Part shown: positions 12,101 to 22,040 of the stretch, piece by piece | Layout: each line of letters starts with the position of its first letter | Position numbering within the stretch: the stretch's first letter is position 1 | Source: Haliotis cracherodii | Taxonomy: Eukaryota | Length of the DNA stretch: 64,000 nt | Assembly (NCBI RefSeq): GCF_022045235.1 | Contig: NW_027266275.1 | Location: 30,070,001-30,134,000 of the forward strand | Direction: 5' to 3' | Notes under the pieces: generated by a model | Told to the model about the DNA's origin: nothing | Database searches by the model: none | Seen by the model: only the letters and a program-made list of their open reading frames with translations | Program-made: the position numbers and the translations under genes

Positions 12101-15100
12101 CAGCTGGACCTGAGTCTGATGGAGCTGCGTAACATCCTCCTTGCAATGGCCGACAGGGACCACCATGAGCTCTCCACTTTCATCAAGATGAAGGTCCTTG
12201 ACAGGGCGCAGAATGACGAGAATCTCAGGTCTGTCACCACATAGCCACACAATGTAACATATGTAACTAGTAATCTTCTTGTAATTGGGGAGATTTATGG
12301 TTTGATGATGTATACAATGCCCAGATAATTCATTTGGAACTGATGGTGTTAGCAGAAAACACAAAATGTTTATCAACACAATTACGTGCTTATTTACTTT
12401 CCGCGTCAAGTCTATATTTAGAACCGTTATATACATCTAAAAGATATTTAAAATCTTATAAATCACAAAAAATGTTTACTCATTTCTTGAAAAAAACAAT
12501 AGAGGGATGAATAGATGAGTGAAAAAATATTGGTTACCCAATGAAAAATGTAATAACCCAATTAAAATAGAAACCCTAGAGTAAAAACTCAATTGCTCAA
12601 AAAGTTATCTGGAGCTCTGACATCACCTTTGAATGCTATGACATCATACTGGAATGGATGATGCCACATGGTTCCATGATAACTAAACTCGCCTATTTAG
12701 CAGATTGTGGAAAAACAACTAAACTGAAGGTCATATAATCAACATGATACCCATTTTGCATTTCAAAAAGTTTGGATTAAGAAAAAGAAAAGATCAAGAA
12801 AAGTATCCATCATGTTCATGCACAGTGAATGGTCCGGGGGTCCGTTCCACAACTATCGTAGCACTAAGGTTATCGTAACTCCATACTTTAACATTGACTT
12901 ACGACTGTGGTTGCGATGCGATTGCCTTGTGAAACAGGACCCAGGAGTTTTCTGAGCCTTGCATAATTTTTAATCACTCATATTTGCCAATCATATTGCA
13001 GCATATGCACCCTGTAATAGCTGTAGAATATTCATCATGATCATGGAATGGTTTCAATTTTATTCACAATTCTTCATTTACTGGTTCTCAGGAGTAAATT
13101 ACAGACAATATTGAAGGAAGGAAGAATCAACAACTACCAGCTGATGGCCCAGGTGGGAAAGTCCAGCTCCTTCACGGGCTACCTCGCAAGTAGGTTCACA
13201 CAGGGCCAGGTGGGGGACTGTGGGCTCCCACCAACCCCTATCCCCCTTTAGAAAATTAAATATGGCCCCTAATGACAAAAAAAGCAACAAAGATACTTAG
13301 TTATTGAAATACTAGTCTGATTCCTGAAAGCCAAGTGATCATTACACCACTAAAATTAATGTAAGAAACTTCCCCTCTCCAGCTGAAGTCTTTGTTATCA
13401 GAATTTAAGATTATATACTCTTATGTAAGGATAAGCCATATGGATGAACAACTTATTAATTACAATTAGGACTGATGTTTCGATGTAGGTTCTAACACTG
13501 TTATCAAGCAAGTGATGACTTCACTACACCGAAATGGCGCTCCTAATTGTAATAAAGAAGATGTTTATCCATATGTTTTAACCTTACTTAAACTTCTACA
13601 TGCCCCTCAAAGAAAAAATACTTTTAGTTTTCAACTTCTTAGTAAATATGTTTTTAAGTATTGTCATAATATTGGTTTACATCTTTGATAACTTAAACAA
13701 AATGAAAATATTCTTGGTTCTCAGAGAGCAGTACATGAACAGAAAGCCTGCTGTAATTCATTGCCTTGCTACAGTAATACCACCTCAGCCCGGAGATCAC
13801 ACAAACATATGCAATCTTCCTCCTTGTAGAAGTTCTGTTCAAAGTTGATCGTGCTGTACATAGTTGACATTCTTGTACTGTGTAAATAACAATAACCATG
13901 ATACATATGTTTCTGCAGAAACTGAAGATCTCAATTGTTCATACAACCTGTTGTTTGAGAATTCCAACTCCGGAGTTATGAAGCGCAGCGGCATGAAAGT
14001 CAATCTATTTGGAAATGTGGAACAGCCTTTCATGAATGTAAGTTGTGTGTCACATAGGACTTGCTGTTAACAGATACATCACTTAGTGTCAGAAATAACA
14101 GCTGCTGATCTTTGTGAAGTCGGTTCAGTGTTAACATATTTGATTTCAAACTGTGTATGTGCTTTTTAGTTCATTAAGATTCACTTTCAGTTTGAATCTT
14201 TGGCCTGATTATCATATTTGTTTTCCTCTCACATTAAGCTTAAATACTGAAGGATGAGTAATCTCTTATTCACTGTACAGGTTGTTGTGTCATATAGACA
14301 TGTGCTTCTATTTGTATTAATATGAGTGGAGCTATGTCAGATCAGGATGTATGAGTGCTGCTATTTCAGATCGGGATATACGAGTGCTGCAATTTCAGAT
14401 CGGGATATACGAGTGCTGCTATTTCAGATCGGGATATACGAGTGCTGCAATTTCAGATCGGGATAGATGAGTGCTGCAATTTCAGATCGGGATATATGAG
14501 TGCCTCTATTTGAGATCGGGATATAGGAGTGCTGCTGTTTCAGATCAGTATATACGAGTGCTGCTGCTTCAGATCAGTTTATACGAGTGCTGCTGTTTCA
14601 GATCAGTATATACGAGTACTGCTGTTTCAGATCAGTATATACGAGTGCTGCTGTTTCAGATTGGGATATACGGTGAGGCGTTGGAGTCGCTGATGGGTGA
14701 GGAGGAAGTTCCTGTGGAGGGTGAGGGAGAAGAGGAGGCAGTGGGCCCCGAGATTGCTGCTGGATTGTCATTCTCCCTCATGGATGTGCTTCTCAAGCAG
14801 TACGAGTTCTTCCGGGGAATGTCTGGGCTGATGTCAGCAGTTTGGAGTGCCCCATCAGAACTCACCTCAGCTCTTCAGGTAAGCAGACTGTGTTAGGGAT
14901 CTTGTCTAAGTAGGACTCTAAAGTAGACAGGCATGACAGGAGGACATCAAAATGACAGTGACTCACTTCTAGAATGTATAGCCTATTCTTGGTGGTTGTT
15001 ATGAATAACATCTATACATATTGTAAACAATAACTACTTCCAGAGAAGTTAATTCTTGTTGAATGGTTGCTACCTCTGGCTACTGGAAGGTATAATATAT

Positions 15101-17164
15101 AATATGACGGGACACAAAATGCTTGATCAACACCGCTAACTGTGTTTTCGTCAAAATAAAATGATCAGAATTGTAACAGGTACTGAACCAGAGGTCAATA
15201 TAATCAGAAATGTCAAACAGGACCCTGTTTAGCAAAGGGATTATAACACCACAACTATCATAATTTGTAAATTTCAACTAACAAAAGTTATAACACAAAA
15301 ATTGCTTTGTCAAATGGAGCCCAGTTGCCTAATTTGGCACTTGAATCAAATTTAAATATGCATTCTAGACTGCATGAAACTATCATGGCAACACAATCTT
15401 TTCAGACAGCCAAGAACGTGATTTTGTGTTCAGCCATTCTCATGTTTTCTATGGTTGTGGCTTCAAATTCGGGTGCACCTCAAATGAGTTTGTCAGCACC
15501 ATACCCGTGGGTGTAAACCGCCTGTGACATTCATCACTCCTTCTTGTGTAATGCATGGTGGCAGCATGAGTGCCAGATCAGAGTATTGAAGACTGTTGTT
15601 CTTGCAGGGCAACCTGTTGCTGCAGGACCATTCCCAGAGAGTTCATCTGTCCAATGGCCTCATCCTCAATGTTGAAGTCATTGGCGTCATCTCCATCGAC
15701 CTTTCAGGCTACGTCAGCATCAGTCTCTGGAACAGGAACTGTGAATCACTCATTAAAAACAGGTTGGTCAAGTAATCATGATAAAGTCATTGTCCCGGAA
15801 CTTCAGAACATTTTTATCCTTACTGATACCTCTAGATCCGAGTCTTGTACATTAGTTCACATGATTCATTACATTTGATATTCTTAGAATCATTTGCTAA
15901 AGGAGCTGAGATAGCTAACCATACCTCAAACTTGCATCCGACTTGGCAGATCATAAAGGGGAGGTGGTCAGAGAAAAAACCATATGGACCCCAATGACAA
16001 GCCCCACACCCAATACCTTTATTTTATTAATATACATCATTGTCTGCTAGTTACTCCCCCACCCGAAATGAAACATCCACCCACCCATCCAAACAGAGTG
16101 TGAACACATGCAAGAACGCACACTTCAGTGAAGAATTTGAAGCCTTTAAACCAAGCCTTTAAAACATTGTGGATCCTTCAGTGCAATCCTTGTATCAAGT
16201 GTTTCTGTTGTCTAGTGGAGCTCTGTATGTAGAGGGGAACATGAGACTGGAGTCCTCCGACCTGGGAGCAGGCATAACCTACAGTGGAGAGGGGCAGTCG
16301 GCCATTGACTTCCTGTCTGATGCAAACTTTTATGAGATGCCACTTACACTGTGTCTACAGATGAAAAGACCAGATTTTAAATTCCGGTGAGTTTTAATAG
16401 GTTTCAGTGACAAATAAAGTTGTTTTGGACTAGTGATAGATATGTTAATTTTGTGGTGAATGAGTGAGTTGAACAGTGCTTCGAACAGTATATCATTGAT
16501 ATCACAACATGTCAATTTAATGTCAAGTGAAGTGATTCAGGTACATTTACTGCTTTGGTGAAACCCACAATCACATGGATGGTACTGACAAACCCATCTT
16601 CCCGAGGCAAGGGAGTTAACTGACTTAAAAAGTCTATAAAGAGAGGCATAGAAGGGACATAACTCGCAACAGCCACTGGTGGCGCTACGATCTAGCCCAG
16701 GAATTCCAGCCTAGTTCGGCAAGGGTGGAAACTGGACTTTTATAGTCAGTTAACTCTCTTGCCTCGGGAAGATGTGACAAACCAAGATAGAAATAAAGGG
16801 TGAATCAGGAATTCGAACCCAACACCAGCTGGTCCCGGCATGTCTAAATGACACCTTAGTTACTGTGCAATGCATACCCCAACATTTGTGGTGAACATTT
16901 AATGTATCAAAAAACTTATATGAGCATTTGTTAATACTTTTTGTTTACATGTTATATTGCAGGATTCCGTCAAGTATGAATGTCTGTGTGTTCATGTCTG
17001 CTCTTTTTGTTACCAGGGAAACAGTCAGCAAGTACGAACAAATCAAGGGGTTGAAGAAGTATAACATTCGACTCAGCAAGACAACATCTATATCAGGAGA
17101 GTCCTTCTTCCTGAACAAAGCCAACTCAGAGGAGTGTAAAATAATGAAGCAGGCAGAAGCATAA
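2..17164 (+). CDS. MTTP: Microsomal triglyceride transfer protein large subunit (5'-partial, 17 exons, ~857 aa)
   Basis: Manually spliced exons: <2-157, 3657-3866, 5059-5178, 5446-5585, 6248-6336, 6658-6734, 7009-7169, 8704-8872, 9753-9863, 11129-11344, 12014-12228, 13092-13189, 13919-14037, 14660-14878, 15608-15762, 16216-16386, 17017-17164. All introns are GT-AG with compatible phases, giving 2574 nt with no internal stop seen. Motifs NIKKGIISLFQ, DVSGECLVLY, PQLIDIATASQT, ERYLLAATYSTHP, LLLQDHSQRVHLSNG and NSEECK resemble MTP (large lipid transfer protein family). Confidence 0.93.
1180..1320 (+). mobile_element. Penelope-like terminal remnant with hammerhead-like motif
   Basis: ctgc-TTGACAA-c-gatata-aggatc-tattcc-GAAA-cgcc-gcag, then aataaagaagttgccatccataaa. 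Confidence 0.55.
3657..3866 (+). CDS. MTTP: MTTP exon LNTATV...GDRTE
   Basis: ttccag| ... gag|gtaggt; contains NIKKGIISLFQ. Confidence 0.9.
3922..4543. mobile_element. Non-autonomous TTAA-target DNA transposon (Kolobok-like)
   Basis: ttaa|aagggacag ... ctgtccct|ttaa: short TIRs starting with purines and a TTAA TSD. Confidence 0.6.
5059..5178 (+). CDS. MTTP: MTTP exon IDVSGEC...FSNPNK
   Basis: ttacag| ... aaa|gtaggt; DVSGxC motif. Confidence 0.9.
5446..5585 (+). CDS. MTTP: MTTP exon ILDVTVASK...GGATV
   Basis: ttgcag| ... cag|gtaagg; 140 nt, ends phase 2. Confidence 0.88.
6248..6336 (+). CDS. MTTP: MTTP exon QRLTFQG...PMLEK
   Basis: ttttcag| ... aag|gtaaca; phase 2 to 1. Confidence 0.82.
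6658..6734 (+). CDS. MTTP: MTTP exon EIGKSF...CIENCES
   Basis: ctttcag| ... tct|gtaagt; phase 1 to 0; C-x3-C pair. Confidence 0.82.
7009..7169 (+). CDS. MTTP: MTTP exon PTKILSK...DSYYT
   Basis: ccttcag| ... gt|gtaagt; phase 0 to 2. Confidence 0.88.
7753..8035 (-). mobile_element. tRNA-derived SINE family B, full length
   Basis: A-box tggcccagtcg, B-box ggttcggatcc, (ACTC)n tail; TSD caaatcaattaga at 7740-7752 and 8036-8048. Confidence 0.88.
8704..8872 (+). CDS. MTTP: MTTP exon VPQLIDIATASQT...IKDLL
   Basis: ctccag| ... ctg|gtgggt; strongly MTP-like helical domain. Confidence 0.92.
8909..9089. mobile_element. MITE-like inverted-repeat element with TGT...ACA ends
   Basis: tgtaagctaggattatatcctacc ... 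ggtaggataatattcactcttaca imperfect TIRs. Confidence 0.45.
9753..9863 (+). CDS. MTTP: MTTP exon AILKKP...QCTHQ
   Basis: ttgcag| ... cag|gtacca; phase 0/0. Confidence 0.88.
9997..10135 (+). mobile_element. tRNA-derived SINE family A, diverged copy
   Basis: Head ggggtacctagtggtt...gggttcagttcc; tail gatattgctggaatgttgct...actcact. Confidence 0.8.
10564..10818 (+). mobile_element. SINE family B with a deletion in the head
   Basis: Matches 7753-8035; TSD ccatatttgtga at 10552-10563 and 10819-10830. Confidence 0.88.
11129..11344 (+). CDS. MTTP: MTTP exon VVQDFRT...LITAE
   Basis: ggcag| ... gag|gtagtt; YLRAMGNTG motif. Confidence 0.9.
11430..11539 (+). mobile_element. SINE family B 3' fragment
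   Basis: gacctgcatcactt...aagcggcgttaaacccaactcactcactc. Confidence 0.8.
11730..11901. mobile_element. Tigger/pogo-like MITE
   Basis: TIR cagtaaactatg ... catagtttactg followed by TA; two internal tggtccc motifs. Confidence 0.6.
12014..12228 (+). CDS. MTTP: MTTP exon VRASLS...NDENL
   Basis: gtgcag| ... cag|gtctgt; YDSSVRVVALDLLL motif. Confidence 0.9.
12836..12942. mobile_element. Short palindromic MITE (PIF/Harbinger-like)
   Basis: gggtccgttccacaa ... ttgtgaaacaggaccc imperfect TIRs; internal atcgtaa/ttacga symmetry. Confidence 0.5.
13092..13189 (+). CDS. MTTP: MTTP exon SKLQTI...FTGYLA
   Basis: tctcag| ... caa|gtaggt; GKSSSFTGY motif. Confidence 0.9.
13425..13615. mobile_element. Palindromic Penelope-like remnant with hammerhead-like motif
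   Basis: Inverted arms of ~55 bp; minus arm reads gc-TTGATAA-c-agtgtt-agaacc-tacatc-GAAA-caTC. Confidence 0.55.
13919..14037 (+). CDS. MTTP: MTTP exon KTEDLN...QPFMN
   Basis: ctgcag| ... aat|gtaagt; SGVMKRS motif. Confidence 0.9.
14337..14671 (+). repeat. 29-bp minisatellite (~12 units) made of an MTTP acceptor/exon-start junction
   Basis: Unit gagtgctgctatttcagatcgggatatac; AG ends at 14340, 14369, 14398 ... 14659 (29-nt spacing). Confidence 0.92.
14660..14878 (+). CDS. MTTP: MTTP exon IGIYGEALES...TSALQ
   Basis: tttcag| ... cag|gtaagc; the acceptor is the last unit of a 29-bp tandem array, so the 5' boundary is somewhat uncertain. Confidence 0.85.
15608..15762 (+). CDS. MTTP: MTTP exon GNLLLQDHSQ...SLIKN
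   Basis: ttgcag| ... cag|gttggt. Confidence 0.92.
16216..16386 (+). CDS. MTTP: MTTP exon GALYVEG...PDFKF
   Basis: gtctag| ... ccg|gtgagt; PLTLCLQM motif. Confidence 0.9.
16595..16774. mobile_element. MITE with 31-bp TIR and 9-bp TSD, inserted in an old SINE-B copy (~16460-16880)
   Basis: TIR catcttcccgaggcaag(g/a)gagttaactgact; TSD tgacaaacc at 16586-16594 and 16775-16783. Confidence 0.85.
17017..17164 (+). CDS. MTTP: MTTP last coding exon ETVSKYE...KQAEA*
   Basis: taccag|; TAA at 17162-17164; NSEECK C-terminal motif. Confidence 0.9.
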
Positions 17165-17171
17165 CAGGTAG

Positions 17172-18700
17172 GTGTGCCACTGCATGTTACTGTATCACCT
17201 GTGTCACAGTGTCACTGTGTGCCATCAATGTCATCATGTATCTGTGTGTCATTGTGTGTCACAGTGTCACTTTGTGCCATCAATGTCATCATGTATCTGT
17301 GTGTCATTGTGTGTCACAGTGTCACTTTGTGCCATCAATGTCATCATGTATCTGTGTGTCATTGTGTGTCACAGTGTCACTTTGTGCCATCAATGTCATC
17401 ATGTATATGTGTGTCATTGTGTGTCACAGTGTCACTGTGTGCCATCAATGTCATCATGTATCTGTGTGTCATTGTGTGTCACAGTGTCACTGTGTGCCAT
17501 CAATGTCATCATGTATCTGTGTGTCATTGTGTGTCATAATGTGTCACAGTGTGTCATCAATGTCATGTATCTGTGTGTCATTGTGTGTCACAGTGTCACT
17601 GTGTGCCATCAATGTCATCATGTATCTGTGTGTCATTGTGTGTCACAGTGTCACTGTGTGTCATCAATGTCATCATGTATCTGTGTGTCACAGTGTCACT
17701 GTGTGCCATCAATGTCATCATGTATCTGTGTGTCATTGTGTGTCATTATGTGTCACTGTGTGTCATCAATGTCATCATGTATCTGTGTGTCATTGTGTGT
17801 CACAGTGTCACTGTGTGTCATCAATGTCATCATGTATCTGTGTGTCATTGTGTGTCACAGTTTCACTTTGTACCATCAATGTCATCATGTATCTGTGTGT
17901 CATTGTGTGTCATAATGTGTCACAGTGTGTCATCAATGTCATGTATCTGTGTGTCATTGTGTGTCACAGTGTCACTGTGTGCCATCAATGTCATCATGTA
18001 TCTGTGTGTCATTGTGTGTCACAGTGTCACTGTGTGTCATCAATGTCATCATGTATCTGTGTGTCATTGTGTGTCACAGTGTCACTGTGTGCCATCAATG
18101 TCATCATGTATCACTGTGTGTCATTGTGTGGTATTATGTGTCACTGTGTGTCATCAATGTCATCATGTATCTGTGTGTCATTGTGTGGTATTATGTGTCA
18201 CTGTGTGCCATCAATGTCATCATGTATCACTATGTGTCATTGTGTGGTATTATGTGTCACTGTGTGCCATCAATGTCATATGTAACCCAGTGTTTTTTGT
18301 CTGTTATCATGTATTACTGTGTGTCATCATGTATCACTGTGTGTCATTGTGTATCACTGTGTGTCATTGTGTATCACTGTGTATCACTGTGTGTCATCAT
18401 GTATTACTGTGTGTCATCATGTATCACTGTGTGTCATCATGTATCACTGTGTGTCATTGTGTATCACTGTGTGTCATTGTGTGGTATTATGTGTCACTGT
18501 GTGTCATCAATGTCATATGTAACCCAGTGTTTTTGGTCTGTTATCATGTATTACTGTGTGTCATCATACATCGATGTGTGTCATTGTGTGGTATTATGTG
18601 TCACTGTGAGTCATCAATGTCATATGTAACCCAGTGTTTTTTGTCTGTTATCATGTATTACTGTGTGTCATCATACATCGATGTGTGTCATTGTGTGGTA
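17172..18700. repeat. ~55-bp TG/CA-rich satellite immediately downstream of the MTTP stop
   Basis: gccatcaatg recurs at 17221, 17276, 17331, 17386, 17441 and 17496; degenerates distally. Confidence 0.95.
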
Positions 18701-18704
18701 TTAT

Positions 18705-18860
18705 GTTGTTGTTGTTTGTTGTTTAACATTGCACACCGCAATATTCCAACCATATAACGCCGGTCTGTAAATGCTCGAGTCTGGACCAGACAATCCAGTC
18801 ATTGACATCATGAGCATCAATCAATGCAATTTGGATATGTTGACATGCATCAATTGGACA
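18705..18860 (-). mobile_element. 3' part of a third SINE-like repeat with (AAC)n tail
   Basis: ttgttgtttaac...gcaatattccaaccatataacgccgg...; tail is related to those of SINE A and B. Confidence 0.5.
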
Positions 18861-19512
18861 GACTTAGATGGATGATAGAACACACACCTTACAACATAGG
18901 CATGACTATTAACCTGAAAACCGACATGCCCAAAAAACTGCATGGTTATATAACAAAAACAAATCCTTAAGCTAAACAAGTTTTCATTTATTTCTATGAA
19001 ATGTTACTTCTATTAAAAGTATTGGTATTTAAGCATGGTATTGATGGCAACTTTTGAGTTTGGTACTAGTCATAAAGTGTGCAATGCCTCAGTAGCTAGA
19101 TCAATGTGTACACATGTGGTGTCTCCGTAGGCAAGTGACTTTGTTTGCAATATGCCTCTGTTCACCCAGCAGTGAATGGGTACCAAGTAGGATGAGATGG
19201 GAATAATTAAGTGCGCACTGATCAATTGTAGTAGTCGCATCTGTGCAGCCTATAACTTTAAAACTACTGCATGGATTCTTTTCAAATGTAGGGAACAGTT
19301 TTCCATATTGATAGAAGAAGCTCAGTGCAAAGTTTAATTTTTATGTGTGTATTTTCTGAGAAACTTTGATGTTTTTCATGTTGTGCACTTAGAATTTGTT
19401 TTACTTCAACATTTGTGAGACCTAGAACTTAAAAACTTTAAAAAGAAATTTTTTAATTGGAGGTACTGTTTCTATGCCAGTACAAGAGGTGCAATGGAAG
19501 TTTGTTACTAAT

Positions 19513-19534
19513 AGTGGTAGTGGCAGTGGCAGTG

Positions 19535-19589
<55 letters not shown>

Positions 19590-19602
19590 CTGTAGTAGTA
19601 GT
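19513..19602. repeat. (AGT)n microsatellite
   Basis: Directly visible. Confidence 0.97.
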
Positions 19603-19924
19603 TTGGCAGTCTCAGCTTATTTCATTGAAGTCTTCAAACACTATTACAAGTGTCCACAAGGTCACATTTTATTGTGTATACCAATGGCATTAGGCCGTTA
19701 ATGATGACTGGATTACACAGAGAGAGTAGCTCAGTTTCACCAAGGTGTTATTACAATATCTATAACTGGGCAGAAGACTGGCACCAGACCTCTGAGAACA
19801 GTCCCCCTTTAACCTTAAGCAAATCAGTCATAACATTTATCAGACATACCACTGAACCTTTAGGCATGAAAAGCTGATGTACATGAGTAATGTTATCTCT
19901 CTTGCACTCTCATCACATGCACAT

Positions 19925-21350
19925 ACTAAAAATAAATTTATCAATTTATTAATAGGAACACCTCTTGATTGATAAGATTTGGATATGCAACTTCTTTTCC
20001 CAACATTTATGTTTATGTTTCCATGATGAATTCTTAAGAAAAAACATCTGAATTAACCATACAACATGACTCAAATGATAGGATATATACTGAACAACAA
20101 AAGTTCCTGGACATTGAATAAGATTTAATGCAAAGAATATGTTTTTTACCAAATCTGAAACAATTTCTCATGGAATGGACCAGCTGTTGCACAACGTCCT
20201 GAGGGATATCTGTCCATATCTGCTGGAGCATGTTTCGAAGTTCCTGGAGTGTCTGTGGAACATGTGGTTGACGTCGAAGGCGCCGATCCATCTCATCCCA
20301 CATGTGCTTGATCGGTGGATCAGGGGAGCGAGCCGGCATGACATTCATGTTGTATTGTTGAAAGGAATCCTGAACCAGTCGAGCAATATGAGGCCGGGCG
20401 TTGTCATGTTGAAAGGTAATGCCTGGGCCATGATGACGCAAAAACAGTAGATCAACATGGCTGATGATCTCGTCGCGGTAGCGCTGTCCATTGAGATTTC
20501 CCTCTACCACTGAAATGGGTCCGCTGTCTTGCTGTAATCCCACCCCATACCATAACGCTGCCGCCCCCAAACCGATCTTCTTCCATGACACAATTATTGA
20601 CGTAACATTCACCTCGACGTCGGCACACTCGAATCCGTCCATCGCTGTGGCTGAGGTGAAAACAAGACTCGTCAGTGACTAGAACTTGTCCCCACTGCAT
20701 GGCCGTCCAGCGTAGACACTGTTTGCACCACTGTAGCCGTGCTTGACGGTGGTTTCCTGTCAAAATGGGACGTCTGGCGGGTCTTCTGACGACAATCCCT
20801 GCACATCTGAGGCGATGACGTACGGTTTGTGAAGATATTCGTCGAAGGCCAGGGATGATTCTTGCAGTCACTATTGTTGGCGGAAATCGATTCCGTAGGT
20901 GTGTTGTTCGAATCCAGTTGTCTTGTCAATTATTGGTTACGTGTGGCCTGCAACTTCGAGGATTGTGTCTGACTGCATTTGTCTGTTGCCAACATTACCA
21001 TAAACACCAAATGGTGTTTCTGAGGACCTTAAATTGTCTTGCAACATCACGTTGACTTGATCCTGCTTCAAGCATACCATGGCTCGCAGACAGGCGTGGC
21101 ATTTCGTAATGTTGAATAATTGCATAATTTTGTTGTTTTTCTGAGTGATTGTTGTCAGCACGATGCTAAACAATGCATATGGAATCCCGTTAACGCACAT
21201 GTTTTTATACCCATTCTCAGGTAGTGAAATGCATGGGGCTTGCATAAAAGTCAACTTTTCTGTAGCAGTTCGTTTTTGTGACTTGATTCCATACATGTAC
21301 TACAATATTGAAAACCAACTTTACTTGTTTGAAAACTACACTAAAATACT
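19925..21350 (-). mobile_element. Tc1/mariner DNA transposon remnant (boundaries approximate)
   Basis: Surrounds the transposase relic; degenerate terminal-like sequence tactaaaaataaa...aggaacacc near 19925; the opposite TIR is not clearly seen. Confidence 0.7.
20130..21102 (-). pseudogene. Decayed Tc1-family transposase
   Basis: ATG at 21102 (MPRLS...), then HTH region SSQRDVARQF, ISSQTVRHRLR, WGQVLVTDES, GGGSVMVWGGI, FQHDNARPH and PARSPD-PPIKHMW. Has stops and frameshifts; the third catalytic E reads K. Confidence 0.9.
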
Positions 21351-21444
21351 GGTGTCACAGGAGCTTTTGTATTATATTTGTACACATATACATATGTATA
21401 TATGTTTACGTGTGTGTGCATTAAGAAGAAACTTGTTGTGGTAT

Positions 21445-22040
21445 ACATAAAAAAGATAAATGTTGTGGTGTGCATAAACAAGGTAAATGTGTGCATAAAT
21501 AAGATAAATGTTGTGTGCATAAATAAGATAAATGTTGTGTGCATAAATAAGATAAATGTTGTGTGCATAAATAACATAAATGTTGTGTGCATAAATAACA
21601 TAAACGTTGTGTGCAAAAATAACATAAACTTTGTGTGCATAAATAACATAAACGTTGTGTGCATAAATAGCATAAACGTTGTGTGCATAAATAACACTAA
21701 TGTTGTGTGCATAAATAACATAAATGTTGTGTGCATAAATAACATAAACGTTGTGTGCATACATAACATAAATGTTGTGTGCATAAATGACATAAATGTT
21801 GTGTGCATAAATAACATAAATGTTGTGCGCATAAATAACATAAATGTTGTGTGCATAAATAACATAAACGTTGTGTGCATAAATAACATAAACGTTGTGT
21901 GCATAAATAACATAAATGTCATGTACATAAATCAGATAAATGTCGTGTACATAAATAACATAAATGTTGTGTGCAAAGATAAGATATATGTTGTCGTGTG
22001 CATAAAGGGATATATGTTGTGGTTTGCACAAATTGAATAC
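21445..22040. repeat. 24-bp minisatellite (gtgcataaataacataaatgttgt)n
   Basis: Directly visible, roughly 23-24 units. Confidence 0.96.

Noticed and set aside
17172-18757. Long Cys/His/Val-rich ORFs (up to 402 aa) resembling metallothionein or zinc-finger proteins
   Set aside because: Open in all three frames with the same permuted peptides; an artefact of a stop-poor 55-bp satellite.
19080-19225. Ancient SINE core-like motif (cacccagcagtgaatgggtacc)
   Set aside because: Plausible, but too short and decayed to assign a family or boundaries.
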